From Rebecca billardiae RCC1528 (Eukaryota > Protista > Haptophyta), in NCBI GenBank assembly GCA_965240325.2, contig OZ251236.1, positions 372,001 through 436,000 on the forward strand: DNA of 64,000 nucleotides. The letters run 5' to 3'. The notes under the pieces were generated by a model. That model was not told the origin of the DNA, searched no databases, and saw nothing but the letters and a program-made list of their open reading frames with translations. The translations under genes and the position numbers were made by a program. How positions within the stretch are numbered: position 1 is the first letter of the stretch; each line of letters begins with the position of its first letter. Positions 14,080 through 26,600 of this stretch are shown here, one piece after another.

Positions 14080-17055
14080 GGCGTGGAGTCGAGCGCAGAG
14101 TCTGCAGCTGCCCGGGCGGTGCAGCAGCATCAGATGGCAGCGGCTCGAGCGCGGTGGGCGAGGCGAGCAGCGTCACCGCGCTCAGTGCGTCCACCGCCCA
14201 GGCCCCTGAAGCACGAACCGCCGGGGTGTCAGCTCCAGCGACCGCCGCCGGCCGCCGTGGCACCATCCCCGCTGCTGCCGCCGCACGCGGTGGGAAGTCG
14301 AGCGCAGCTGCTGCTGCCCAAGCGGGGCGCAGGCGCAGCAGCATCGGATGGCAGCGGCTCCAGCGCGCTGCGGGAAGCGAGCGGCGTCACCGCGCTCGGT
14401 GCGCCAAATGCCTAGCCCCCTCGGGCGCGCACCGCCGGGCTTTGAGCTCCAGCGACCGCCGCCGCCAGACGTGGCACCATCCCTGCTGCTGCTGCCGCAC
14501 GCGGCGCGGAGTTGAGCGCAGCTGCTGCTGCCCCGGCTGGGCGCGGGCGCAGCAGCGCCCGATGGCAGCGGCTCGAGCGCGCTGGGCGAGGCGAGCAGCG
14601 TCACCGCGCTCGGTGCGCCCAGCGCCCAGGCTCCTCGGGCGCGCACCACCGAGCTGCCAGCTCCAGCACCTGCCACAGCCCGCCGTGGCACCATCCCCGC
14701 TGCTGCCGCCGCACTCGGCGCGGAGTCGAGCGCAGCTGCTGCTGCCCAAGCTGGGCGCGGGCGCAGCAGCGCCCGATGGCAGCGGCTCGAGCGCGCTGGG
14801 CGAGGCGAGCAGCGTCACCGCGCTCGGTGCGCCCAGCGCCCAGGCTCCTCGGGCGCGCACCACCGAGCTGCCAGCTCCAGCGACTGCCACAGCCCGCCGT
14901 GGCACCATCCCTGCTGCTGCCGCCGCACTCGGCGCGGAGTCGAGCGCAGCTGCTGCTGCCCAAGCTGGGCGCGGGCGCAGCAGCGCCCGATGGCAGCGGC
15001 TCCAGCGCGTTGGGCGAGGCGAGCAGCGTCACCGCGCTCGGTGCGCCCAGCGCCCAGGCTCCTCGGGCGCGCACCACCGAGCTGCCAGCTCCAGCGATCG
15101 CCGCCGCCCGCCGTGTCACCATCCCTGCTGCTGCCGCCGCACTCGGCGCGGAGTCGAGCGCAGCTGCTGCTGCCCAAGCTGGGCGCGGGCAGCGCAGCGC
15201 CCGATGGCAGCGGCTCCAGCGCGTTGGGCGAGGCGAGCAGCGTCACCGCGCTCGGTGCGCCCAGCGCCCAGGCCCATCGGGCAGGCACCAACGAGCTTTC
15301 AGCTGCAGCGACCGCCGCCGCCCGCCGTGGCACCATCCCTGCTGCTGCCGCCGCACGCGGCGCGGAGTCGAGCGCAGCTGCTGCTGCCCCGGCTGGGCGC
15401 GGGCGCAGCAGCGCCCGGTGGCAGCGGCTCGAGCGCGCTGGGCGAGGCGAGCAGCGTCACCGCGCTCGGTGCGCCCAGCGCCCAGGCCCATCGGGCAGGC
15501 ACCAACGAGCTTTCAGCTGCAGCGACCGCCGCCGCCCGCCGTGGCACCATCCCTGCTGCTGCCGCCGCACGCGGCGCGGAGTCGAGCGCAGCTGCTGCTG
15601 CCCCGGCTGGGCGCGGGCGCAGCAGCGCCCGGTGGCAGCGGCTCGAGCGCGCTGGGCGAGGCGAGCAGCGTCACCGCGCTCGGTGCGCCCAGCGCCCAGG
15701 CTCCTCGGGCGCGCACCACCGAGCTGCCAGCTCCAGCGACCGCCGCCGCCCGCCGTGGCACCATCCCTGCTGCTACCGCCGCACTCGGCGCGGAGTCGAG
15801 CGCAGCTGCTGCTGCCCAAGCTGGGCGCGGGCAGCGCAGCGCCCGATGGCAGCGGCTCCAGCGCGTTGGGCGAGGCGAGCAGCGTCACCGCGCTCGGTGC
15901 GCCCAGCGCCCAGGCTCCTCGGGCGCGCACCACCGAGCTGCCAGCTCCAGCGACTGCCACCGCCCGCCGTGGCACCATCCCTGCTGCTGCCGCCGCACGC
16001 GGCGCGGAGTCGAGCGCAGCTGCTGCTGCCCCGGCTGGGCGCGGGCGCAGCAGCGCCTGGTGACAGCGGCTCGAGCGCGCTGGGCGAGGCGAGCAGCGTC
16101 ACCGCGCTCGGTGCGCCCAGCGCCCAGGCCCATCGGGCAGGCACCAACGAGCTTTCAGCTGCAGCGACCGCCGCCGCCCGCCGTGGCACCATCCCTGCTG
16201 CTGCCGCCGCACGCGGCGCGGAGTCGAGCGCAGCTGCTGCTGCCCCGGCTGGGCGCGGGCGCAGCGGCGCCCGGTGGCAGCGGCTCCAGCGCGCTGGGCG
16301 AGGCGAGCAGCGTCACCGCGCTCGTTGCGCCCAGCGCCCAGGCTCCTCGGGCGCACACCACCGAGCTGCCAGCTCCAGCGACCGCCGCAGCCCGCCGTGG
16401 CACCATCCCTGCTGCTGCCGCCGCACTCGGCGCGGAGTCGAGCGCAGCTGCTGCTGCCCAAGCTGGGCGCGGGCAGCGCAGCGCCCGATGGCAGCGGCTC
16501 GAGCGCGTTGGGCGAGGCGAGCAGCGTCACCGCGCTCGGTGCGCCCAGCGCCCAGGCCCATCGGGCAGGCACCACCGAGCTGCCAGCTCCAGCGACCGCC
16601 GCCGCCCGCCGTGGCACCATCCCCGCTGCTGCCGCCGCACTCGGCGCGGAGTCGAGCGCAGCTGCTGCTGCCCCGGCTGGGCGCGGGCGCAGCGGCGCCC
16701 GGTGGCAGCGGCTCCAGCGCGCTGGGCGAGGCGAGCAGCGTCACGGCGCTCGGTGCGCCCAGCGCCCAGGCTCCTCGGGCGCGCACCACCGAGCTGCCAG
16801 CTGCAGCGACTGCCGCAGCCCGCCGTGGCACCATCCCTGCTGCTGCCGCCGCACGCGGCGAGGAGTTGAGTACAGCTGCTGCTGCCCGCGCTGGGCGCGG
16901 GCGCAGCGGCACCCGATGGCAGCGGCTCGCGCGCGCTGGGCGAAGCGAGCAGCCACACCGCGCTCGGCGCGTTCGTCGCCTAGGCCCCTCGGGCGCGCAC
17001 CGCCGAGCTGACAGCTGCGTCGACCGCCGCCGCCCGCCGTGGCACCATCCCTGCA
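14080..17055 (-). repeat. 214-bp tandem array, ~14 copies, inverted (right arm)
   Basis: CACCATCCC recurs every 214 bp; reverse complement of the left-arm unit; the innermost copies are the most diverged. Confidence 0.95.
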
Positions 17056-20000
17056 GCTGTGTGGCCGCATGAGCAGCGTGGAGTTGAGTACCGCCGCTGT
17101 TGGCGCGGGTGCTTGAAGCAGCACCGGATGGTTGGTCCTGCACGCCTGAGCACAGTTATGCACCAACTGCTCTCCTGGATGCGTTGAGAGACCAGGGCTC
17201 ACCATCCGTGATCCGTGCTCAGCCTCTCAGCCTCGCTGAGCAGAGCAGCACCTCACCCGCTCGCAGCTGCGGCGGTGCCGTCTCCGCTTGCTGTCCGACA
17301 GCAAGTAGAGGACAGCATGCCAGCACCAGTGGGCACCGCCGATGCGTGTTCGGTGCCTGTGAGTATTCGCCTTAGCTCGGCCGCCACTGCATGGTGGGCG
17401 ATGATGAGGTGAGTGCCAGCACAGGTCACGGCCGCGAGCAAGGGTGATGTGCACCGGTGTGGAGGCATGTACGAACGTACCGGTGGCCCCTGCTGCTTGC
17501 CGGCCTTGCCCCCTCCTTCTCGACCTTGGTTGCCTTCTCAACGCGCTGCTCCCACGCATGAGCTCTGCGACGCCGTCGGCCCTGCCCACCGGCGGCCCGC
17601 AGGCGGTGACGCCCCGCCTGGGCTGTGGACAGCTGCCCTGTTGCCCCATGCTGAGCCAAGTTGCAGCCGGCCGCAGTGCGTCCCCGTGCACACGCAAACT
17701 GGGCGATTCGGCTCAGTTTGCGATGGCACGGCCGCAGTGGGCGCGTGCCATCTGAAACTGAGGCTTTTCCCCAGTTTACTGACCCGCGAAGCCCCCCACT
17801 GTGCCATCGCAAACTGGGCCAAAAGCCCCAGTTTCAGCTGGCATCCGCCACTGCAGAGCGCCAAACCTGGCTGGCTCCGACGCCTTCGGGCGCTCAGAGC
17901 TCGGTTCCGCTCCAGCACGAGCGGCCGGAGGCAGTGGACCGCCGCGCGCTCGCGACCTCTGAGACGCCGAGATGGTCTCGGGTGCGCGCGCGCGTGACGC
18001 TGGTGGGCGCTACTGACCCGTGCCTTTGCGCCACCAGCGGCTCACCACCCGCTTCTTGGCCACCTCGCGCCGTGCGCGGCGCGCGTCGGCCGGCTTGAAT
18101 TGGTGCGCTGCGTACGCCCGCTACGCTACCGCACGGTGTGGCGCATGATCAACTCGGACCAATGAGATCGATGCTCGGACCAATCGTCCATGTATGTCTG
18201 TGAATGCCCAGCTCGCCTAACCTGCCCTACTGCGCCGGAATCGCCGTCAGCAGACCGGCGCGAGCTCGCGCACAGCACCTCCGCGGAGCTCGCAACTGTC
18301 ATGTTCCGCTTGTAGGGCCCGTGTTTGCACCTGCCGTGGCACTTGCGATGGTCAGTACGTTGGGTATGGGTCACGTGTGCCCTCTGATGGCGTCTGGGCG
18401 CCTCCCATTCGCCTCTCAGGACGTCGCGGACGTGCTCGCAGGCAGCGGTTGGCTCATTCGACAGGTCCGACGTGCACTCGACCGTGCCTGCAAGCGCGCC
18501 CCTGTGACGCTCATGCCTGCAGAAGCAGATGCAGATGGGCCCTCATGCACCCTGGTGCGCCCAAGACCGGCGGGAGCGTCAGAGACCGTCTCAATCTTGA
18601 CACCTTGCACACGCCGGCGCTTGCCGTTGGGCTCCGCGCAGCCAGCCAGGAGCGCCGAATAGCGCCGGATCAGCCTCTGTAGGCCGAATATCCGCCCCTA
18701 AGCCCAGAAATAGCGCGGAACAGGGTAGTGCGTACCTATGTGGACCAATCCCATCCAGCCTGGTTTGGTGCAGAGACGCCAGCCACCGCCTGGAGCAGAC
18801 GTTTGCTGCCGAATCGCATGCTCGGCACTGTGCCGCACTGCGACGACGACAGATTTGACCTGCGCCTCGTAGGTCTCGGCCAGGGAGCGGTGACGGTTGG
18901 CTCGAGTGACTTTAAACCTTGACTATGACCGAGAGCACTCCCGGGCTGAGGACGTGGGGCCGGTGCTTTGGGTCTAATATGTCTGCAATACGCCGTACGC
19001 GTGGCCGTATACACAGTCTGAAAACGTATCTCGCAGCTCGAGATCAGATGAGGCTGTATTCATCAGCATGGCGCCTATATACACAGTGGGTATGTAACGA
19101 TCGGTGGCTTCTAGGAAACTACATATTTGACAGCCTGCCAGTACACAGCCTATATCGCATGTTGGGACCTGCTGCTGCTGGGGACTCAGAACGATCTCGC
19201 TGAGATGCTCTAACAAAGTGAGGTCGACATGGTCTATATGTCACATATAGGACGACCGTTACATGCCGTTTCCAATAAGTTCAGGCTCATTCTAATAAGT
19301 AAATATGCTAGCCGTTACGCCCTATATTCAGGGTATGTGCACCTGATTTTTTTACATGGCCGGCCCAGACCCCTCCAGAGGGCAAATGATCCAGCCCGAA
19401 ATCAGCTCTAAACACTCGCTAGGACCCGCGCTCGTGGCCGTCAGTAACGCTACAGTGCCACTTTGGCCCCCCTACCATTCGGCCCGAGCCAGGCGGCCGA
19501 GCTCAAGTCCGGCTGCAATCTTGGCCACCCTCTTCTCGTGCCACGAAGGACTTTCGAGCCTGCTCTGTGCGCTCGCACAACGACCCCGAACAACCTACTC
19601 GCTGTGATGCTCCTGGGCCTTAGGCAAATAGGCAAGGTTGGCGGCGGCACAGGACGGCCAATTGGTGAACTGGGTTTTTTCATCAGGCGCCGAGCGAACC
19701 GACGCAGTCCAGTGCCTCTCGCTCACTCGCAGCGAACGCCCTTCGGAAGTGCCCACTGGCATGATGGCTGCAGCTGTTTCCGGCCCGCATCTTGGCGATG
19801 CCCTCTGCACGATGGTGCTTCGTGCCTTGCTCTCGTGCGGCTTGGCGGCTCTCGAGCTGCGCCTTCCAAGCTGCGCCCGAGCGCTGGCTGCCGCTCGCAC
19901 TTTGTTTCCGAGGAACAAAATCCCATATGATACAGCAATGTATAAAGTCTGGTATCCCGCCGCGTGGCTCCGCCCTGCCCGGCGTGTGCCTCGCCTCCAG

Positions 20001-20329
20001 TCGCTGCCGATCTGGATGGCGCAGGCGCTTCGAGGACGGCTAGACATATATATATTATGGCCCGCGGTGCAGGGCGGAGCGCGCAGCGTGGAGCCCGCAC
20101 CAGCGGGCCCGAACCACGTTTCAAAAAGATCTTTGATCAAGAAAAAAGGGACGGGGGGCGGCGGAAAAAAAGGGACGGGGGGCGATTTTTAGGGCTGGCG
20201 GAGACCGAGTTTCGAGTTTTTGAGATCGCATTGAGAGGTCTATCAGGCCAAAAAAAACCGCGCCCAGCTGATTCCCTTAAGTAAAGTGAGATCTGGACGT
20301 CAGCTGGACGTGACATTAGTGTAACGGTT

Positions 20330-21008
20330 TGTTGAGCTGACGCAGCCTGGGGCGCGCATCTCAGCAGATGGCGTCGCCGCTGGGACGTCAGGGCCGGCGC
20401 CGCACCAGGCGGGCCGGCGGCATCAGCTACGGAGCAGTGGCTGGCTCTGGCGGCGCGCGCGCGCGGCGCGCGCGGCGGCAGGAGCGCGAGCGCAGCAGCG
20501 CTGGCGCGGATCGACGTGGACGCGGAGCGCGGACGCGGCAGCGCGGACGCGGAGCGACACGGACGCGGCGCGTGCGCGGGCGGTACGGCCCGGCGCAGCG
20601 CGGCACGGTGACGTCGCACGGGCGGTACGGCCCGGCGCAGCGCGGGCGTCATGCTGGTACACTGGATTTGTCCAAGGAAAGCAGGTGAGCAGCACCGGAC
20701 ATGGACGAGAAGCAGTGGTACAAAGTTGAGCGGCAACAGGACGGACGGTGCGATCGCCGATTGGCTGATCGCGGCAAAATCTGGGTAAGTCGGCACGGCG
20801 ATGATACTACCGCCCCGAGCCCAGGAGCGATCGGAGCTCGATCGCTGTTTTGGCCCGGCGCAAGAGCGCCGGAAATAAGGGCCAGGTTCAGAGGCTTGAG
20901 AGCTGATGAGATCGCGAGGCATGTGATCCTCGCGGTGGCGTCCGTCCTGTCGTGCGCGGTGAGCTTTTAGCAGGGCTCGAGACGCTCGGAGCTCGCGTTT
21001 ACCCAATA
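20330..21008 (+). repeat. 5' LTR of element 1 (679 bp)
   Basis: First 294 bp and last 52 bp match the 3' LTR. Confidence 0.9.
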
Positions 21009-23626
21009 TGCATGCAGCGATCGGGAGGGATCGTACGCGCGGCGCTTTCTCATCGATCGCGCCGATGGGCACGAGCGGCCGGATGCACGGCTCGGTCGAC
21101 GTGGGGATGCTCAACGACAAGGGCAATCAGCAGCGCTGGCTCGCGCAATCGGCGAGCAGGCTGGCGGCGCTTCCGGCGGGGCAAGGTGCTACGATGTCCG
21201 CACTGAACGGCATCATCGTGACGCACGGCCCGAACGCGGAGCACCGCATCAACACGCTCGAGGAGTACAACTCGACGTGGGAGACATTCAACCCATCCGC
21301 GGCGAAGATGATCAAGGTCAGTGCCGAGCGGATGGACCTGGCGCGTGAGAACTACGCGCTGCAGCAGCGGCTGCTCGATCATCGCCACGAGCACGAGCGC
21401 CGCGAGCACGCCGAGCGCCGGGCCGCGGCGGAACGCGCGGCGGCGGCGGCGGGGGCGAGGCAGGCGCCAAGCTACGCGCAGGCTGCCTCGGCGGGCGCGG
21501 GGAGTGGTTTAGCCACTCCGGGCGGCCCGACGGCGACCGGACCCGGTTCAGGTCCGGCGGCGGGCGGCGGATCCGGAATTTCTCCGGGTCCGGCGGCCGG
21601 CACACCCGGTCCGGGTGTGGGCACAGGCGGCGCGGCAGGTGCGCCGGCTGGGACTGACGGCGCGACGCCTGTGGGCGGCGCCGGCGTCGGCGCGGTGCCT
21701 ACGGGCGGCGCCGGCGGGATCGGTGGCGCGGCGCCCGCGGGCGGCGCTGCCGTGACGCTCGATCCGCGCGCGCGCGAGCTCTACCGCCGCGAGCGCGAGA
21801 CCGAGGAACAGATGTATGAGCGGCAGGCGAGCGAGCACGCCATGCTGGACATCAAGCTCCGACAGAGCGTGTTGGAGGCAGCGCCGGACGGCGACGAGGC
21901 GGACCCCGCCAAGTACGCCGGGGCGCAGTACGAGAAAGGGACGGCTTTCTTACGCACCGAGCTGCGGTCGTGGGTGACGGAGGCTGCGTGGCAGCACATC
22001 AACCGCCTCATGGAGACGCAGCCGGAGGTGCAGGAGGAGCGCGCGCGCCTGGGCGCACTTACGCCGGGGCGCGAGTTCCTGTACCTGTGGAAGGCGATCC
22101 TGCGCATGCGCAAGCCCGACGACATGCGGAAGTACATGTCGGTGCGGGCACGCTGGCATCGGACGGTCCTGCCGGACTGCGGCAAGGACGGCGTCGGCGC
22201 ACTCGAGCTCTTCCAGGTGCTACAGCACAACCACGTGCTGCTGCAGGAGCTGAGTGACGCAGCGCCAGCGGCGGAGATGCTTGCGCGGCTCATCGAGTTC
22301 ATTCCGCCGGTGGGCGCGGGCATCGAGATGCGGACGCGGTACGAGTCGAAGGACTACAGGACCGTGACGAACTTCGACGTGCAGGAGCTCGTGCACGAGC
22401 TCAACGGCAAGTTCGAGGACTGGGACTTCTCCAAGGGCAAGCGGGTTGACCGCGGCGGCCCTGGGCGCCCAGGGGCGGGTGGCCGCACGCCAGGAGGCGG
22501 CGGCGCTACCCGCGCGCACCCAATCGACGGGCTCCGCCTGGCGCAGGCGGCGGCGGCGTCGGCGGGTGGCGGCGGCGGCGACACGACGTCGCCGGCTGGC
22601 CGTGGTGGCGGCGGCGGAGGTCGTGGCGGTGGCGGCGGCGGCACTGGCCGCGGCGCCGGCCGCGGAGGCCAGGACGACTCCGACGACGCGCACGGGCCGC
22701 GCTGCTACAAGTGCGGCGCCGTGGGGCATATCAAGCGTTACTGCCCGCAGGTGACGCAGGCTGATCGCGACTCGAACGCTGGCGATGACGCGGCGTCGAC
22801 GCGGTCGGATCGCAGCCGTGGCTCACATCGGAGCGGCGGTGGCGGTGGCGGCGGCGGTGGCGGGGGCAGCACCCGCGCCGTGGTCGGTAATGGCAACGGC
22901 GGCGGCACGGTCCGCACGCAGGTCGCGTTCGCTCCCGAGCAGGGGGACGAGCCAGACGGCGCCGTTGGTGGCGACGGTGACGCTGACGCCGGAGACGGCG
23001 GCGGCGCCGGCGCCGGACTCGGCTTGGCGCCTATTGGCGCGGCTATCGGCGGCAGAGCGCAGCGCGACGAGGACATCGAGATCGTCGCGGCGCGGGCGGC
23101 CGAGGCACGCGTGGCGCCGCCGGAGGACAACACGCGGGCGTTGGTGTTTGACACTGGCGCACGGAAGAACATCGCCATGGCCGAGGATTTGACGAATCTT
23201 ACCCCGGTGGACGGCGCATGTCAGATCGAGTGGGGGAACGGTGCGCGGGAGCGGGTCACTCACCGCGGGACCCTGGTGGTCAAGCTTGCGGCGGACGATG
23301 ACAGCGACAAGGTCCTCACGCTCGAGATCGAGGCGTGGGCGTCGCGGCGCGTCACGGCGCCGCTGCTGTCGGTCGAGCACTGCGCGGACGCAGGCATCGA
23401 GTTCCACTACTCGCAGCGCGGCAACACTGCGGACTTTACGGCGCTGGGAGGCGGCGTCGTGCAGCTGCCGCGCGATTCCACGCTGCGCGCCGAGATCGTA
23501 CGGCGCCAGGTGGGGCCGGACGTCGGCGATGCGCCGGCGGAGGCGCGCGCACGGCGCAGGGCGCCAGTGCGGCGCGTGGGCGCGGGGCGGGGGCGCGTTG
23601 GCGCTGCGCCGCCCCCAAACGCCTAA
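21008..23626 (+). CDS. gag: Gag-protease ORF1 of element 1 (start may be the ATG at 21193)
   Basis: Zinc knuckle CYKCGAVGHIKRYC; aspartic protease motif LVFDTGA...PLLSV. Confidence 0.9.
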   Translation: MHAAIGRDRTRGAFSSIAPMGTSGRMHGSVDVGMLNDKGNQQRWLAQSASRLAALPAGQGATMSALNGIIVTHGPNAEHRINTLEEYNSTWETFNPSAAKMIKVSAERMDLARENYALQQRLLDHRHEHERREHAERRAAAERAAAAAGARQAPSYAQAASAGAGSGLATPGGPTATGPGSGPAAGGGSGISPGPAAGTPGPGVGTGGAAGAPAGTDGATPVGGAGVGAVPTGGAGGIGGAAPAGGAAVTLDPRARELYRRERETEEQMYERQASEHAMLDIKLRQSVLEAAPDGDEADPAKYAGAQYEKGTAFLRTELRSWVTEAAWQHINRLMETQPEVQEERARLGALTPGREFLYLWKAILRMRKPDDMRKYMSVRARWHRTVLPDCGKDGVGALELFQVLQHNHVLLQELSDAAPAAEMLARLIEFIPPVGAGIEMRTRYESKDYRTVTNFDVQELVHELNGKFEDWDFSKGKRVDRGGPGRPGAGGRTPGGGGATRAHPIDGLRLAQAAAASAGGGGGDTTSPAGRGGGGGGRGGGGGGTGRGAGRGGQDDSDDAHGPRCYKCGAVGHIKRYCPQVTQADRDSNAGDDAASTRSDRSRGSHRSGGGGGGGGGGGSTRAVVGNGNGGGTVRTQVAFAPEQGDEPDGAVGGDGDADAGDGGGAGAGLGLAPIGAAIGGRAQRDEDIEIVAARAAEARVAPPEDNTRALVFDTGARKNIAMAEDLTNLTPVDGACQIEWGNGARERVTHRGTLVVKLAADDDSDKVLTLEIEAWASRRVTAPLLSVEHCADAGIEFHYSQRGNTADFTALGGGVVQLPRDSTLRAEIVRRQVGPDVGDAPAEARARRRAPVRRVGAGRGRVGAAPPPNA

Positions 23627-26600
23627 GCCCGGAACCCGCGCAGGTGCGAGCCACAAACACAACCACTACGGTATCTGATACCACTACTACTACGGAGGCG
23701 GCGCGAGGCGCTGATCCGGCGTGGTTACGCACTTGGTCGGTTCGAACGGGCACCAATGACCAACGTCTACTCGAGCGCACGCGACGCGTGGCCGAGGGGA
23801 TGGAGGGGGCGAACGCGCGGCGTGAGCCGCTTGACGAGCAGTCGGCGGCGGGCATGACGCGGCGGTCGTTCGCGGACGCGATGCCGACGGCGCACTACCC
23901 TGGGCAGGTGACGCACGTCGACATCTTCTCTATGGCGCGGATCGACTTACCAGTTGGGGCCGATGGCGCACGTGGAGGGTATCCTCATGGGATCATATTC
24001 ATCGATGGGCATTCACGTCGATGGCAAGTGTACGCGCTACGCAGCTTGGATGACGCCGAGGTTGGTCGGGCATTCCGCTGGTACGCGCAGTTGCTTGGAA
24101 CAGGGGCCATGCACATGTCGCATTGGGTCCTGGCGTCGGGGTGTACTATGGCGCGACGCCATATTCACACCGACGGTGGCTCGACGTTGCTGAGTACGTA
24201 CGTCGAGGGTGAGCTGGCGAAGCTTGGGTTCTCGTCGACGGTCACGTCGGCGCCCGACTCGCCGAGCTCGAATGGCGTGGCGGAACGCGCTATCCGCACG
24301 CTGAAGTCGAGACTGCGCGCCACGGTCGTTGCGCGTGGAGTCTCGAGGGTCGATTGGCACTACGCGGCGTGGCACGCATGCGCGTCGCGCAATCGACTGG
24401 CGTCACGTGGTATCATTCGTGACGATGGAGACATTGAGTGGCTCACGCCGGATGAGCTGTTCTTTGGCAAACGTCCGACGTGGAAGCATCACGTGGCGTT
24501 TGGCGCGCGCTGCCGCGTGCTGATGCTGGGCGCACGGCGCAATGCATTGGGGCAGCTGAAGCAGCGCGCACTACCCGGACGTGTCTATCTCTGGGGTGGG
24601 CACGGCGTGCAGTGGCGCGGTACATGGCGCTACGTGCTTGGGTACGTATGTCGTTTAGACGACGGACGTCTCGTTCACTCACGTGATGTACGCATCGACG
24701 AGACCGACCTGGTCGAGGGGGGGCACTCGTCGCTGGGCGCACCTGACGGTGGCGCGTACGTGGGTGATGGTGACGGCGCCGCGGTAAGCGGCGGACATCG
24801 TCCAGTCGGCGGTGACGCCGACGGTGAGGACGAGGACGGCGACGGTGGCGAGACGCCAGCCGACGCCGGGAATGACGACGCGACAGAGTTCGACGTCGGG
24901 TACGACGACGACGCAGATGCGTCAACGTCGGGGCGCGGGCGCAGCAGCGTGGACGCGGGACAACGCGGGTGCAGCAGCGCGGGCGCACAGCCGTCGACGC
25001 CGACGCCGCAGGGCGGGCGTGGCGGGGCAGGCGCGTCGATGACGCAGCCGGGTCGGCAGGATCAGATACCGCCGACGGAATCACGGCGCGGGACCGCAGC
25101 AGATGCTGGCGGGCCGCCGCGCGGCGCAGACGGTGACGACGGCGTGATCGAGGACGCGCCGCCGCCCGGTCTGGATATGGGACACGATCCGCTTCGCAGG
25201 GATCGGACGTCGCGCCGACGGCCGCAGCTGCTTACTGCCGTCGTCAGCGCCGCGTCGGTGTTCCAGAAGATCAACGTGAAGGTGCCGACGAACTATCGCG
25301 AGGCGATGCGGTCGGCGGAGGCGCCCCAGTGGCAGGGCGCCATGCTCGAGCACTTGGAAGGTCACAAGTTGCTCGGCACCTCGGAGGAGGTGCTGGTTCC
25401 GGAGGGCACGCGGGTGTTGCCGAGCCAGTGGGTCTTTGACGTGAAGTCGAACCCGGAGGGCGAGGTGACGCGCTTCAAGGCGCGGTCGGTGCTACTGGGG
25501 AACCTACAGCGGCCGGGGATCGACTTTCAGGAGGTCTTTGCTCCGACGATCCGGCCGGAACAAGTGCGACTACTCGTGGCGATCGCCGCTCAGCAGGCTG
25601 GCGCGAGAGTTGACTTGGGTGCAGCGTCGGTTGCGGCGCTGGGCATACTGTCGAAGGGCGACGTCAAGGACGCGTACCTCAACTCGGAGTTGAAGCCGGA
25701 TGAGCGGCCTCTCTTCTCATTCCCGCCGGGCTACGTGCCGAGCACGCAGGCGCCGCCGGGGTACAAAGTCGTGGGCCGGAGCCTCAAGGCGTATCCGGGC
25801 CTACGCCAGTCTGGGCGCGCGTGGCATCGCACGCACCGCACCCAGCTGCTCGCGCGCGGCTTCTCGGAGTGTCCGAGTGCGCCGTGCATCTACGTCAAGG
25901 AGTCGGCGCCGGGCGAGTTCATCATCGCGGGCGGCTTTGTCGACGACTTGCTGTTTCTCAACCTGACGCGCGACGCGCGCGCGGTGGAGAAGCTGGCGGC
26001 TGACCTGAAGGAGCACTACGAGATCAAGCTGAGTGAGCGGCTCGATAAGTTCCTGGGCGCCGTGTTTGAAGTTCATGACGACGGCATCCTGATGCATCTG
26101 GGGCCGTACGTCGAGAGCGTGCTTCAGCGGTTCGGTTTGAACGCGAGCACGCCGGCGCGCACGCCGGAGCCGGCGGCGCGGGCGCAGCTGAGCGACGACG
26201 ACGAGGCGTTGCTGCAGCGCGCGGAGATTGAGAACTACCAGGCGATGGTGGGATGTCTCATGTTTGCGATGGTCACGGCGCGGCCGGACATCGCGCACGC
26301 GGTGAACATGCTGACGCGACGCATGTCATGTCCGCGGGCGGTGGATCTGGTAAGTGCGAAGCGTGTGCTGCGCTACTTACGTGGATGCCCGCGATTGGGA
26401 ATCTTGTTCAAGTTTGCAACAGATTCCGAGCACCCCGACCTACTTGCTTTCGCTGACTCCGATTGGGCAAGCAATCCGGTGGAGACCAAGGGCAGGTCGA
26501 CGGGTGGATACATTGTGTTCTACAATGGGGCGCCGGTGTCGTGGCACAGCGGGCTGCAAGGTACAGTCTCGCTGAGCTCGACGGAGGCGGAGTACGTCGC

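Larger units (their letters stand above)
11149..17868. mobile_element. Foldback-type non-autonomous element: ~800-bp near-identical inverted arms, inward-facing 214-bp tandem arrays and a ~0.7-kb unique core
   Basis: 11149-~11960 is the reverse complement of ~17050-17868 (the ORF track gives mirror-image peptides, e.g. 11634..11909- and 17100..17375+). No transposase ORF. Possible 8-bp TSD GCTCCGAC at 11137-11144 and 17874-17881. Confidence 0.8.

Noticed and set aside
14154-17072. 972-aa and 785-aa ORFs over the 214-bp array
   Set aside because: The unit length is not a multiple of 3, so the peptide cycles through all frames; it is open only because the GC-rich unit lacks stops.
17870-20140. 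Protein-coding gene or transposase
   Set aside because: Only short ORFs with no motif I can recognise; left unannotated.
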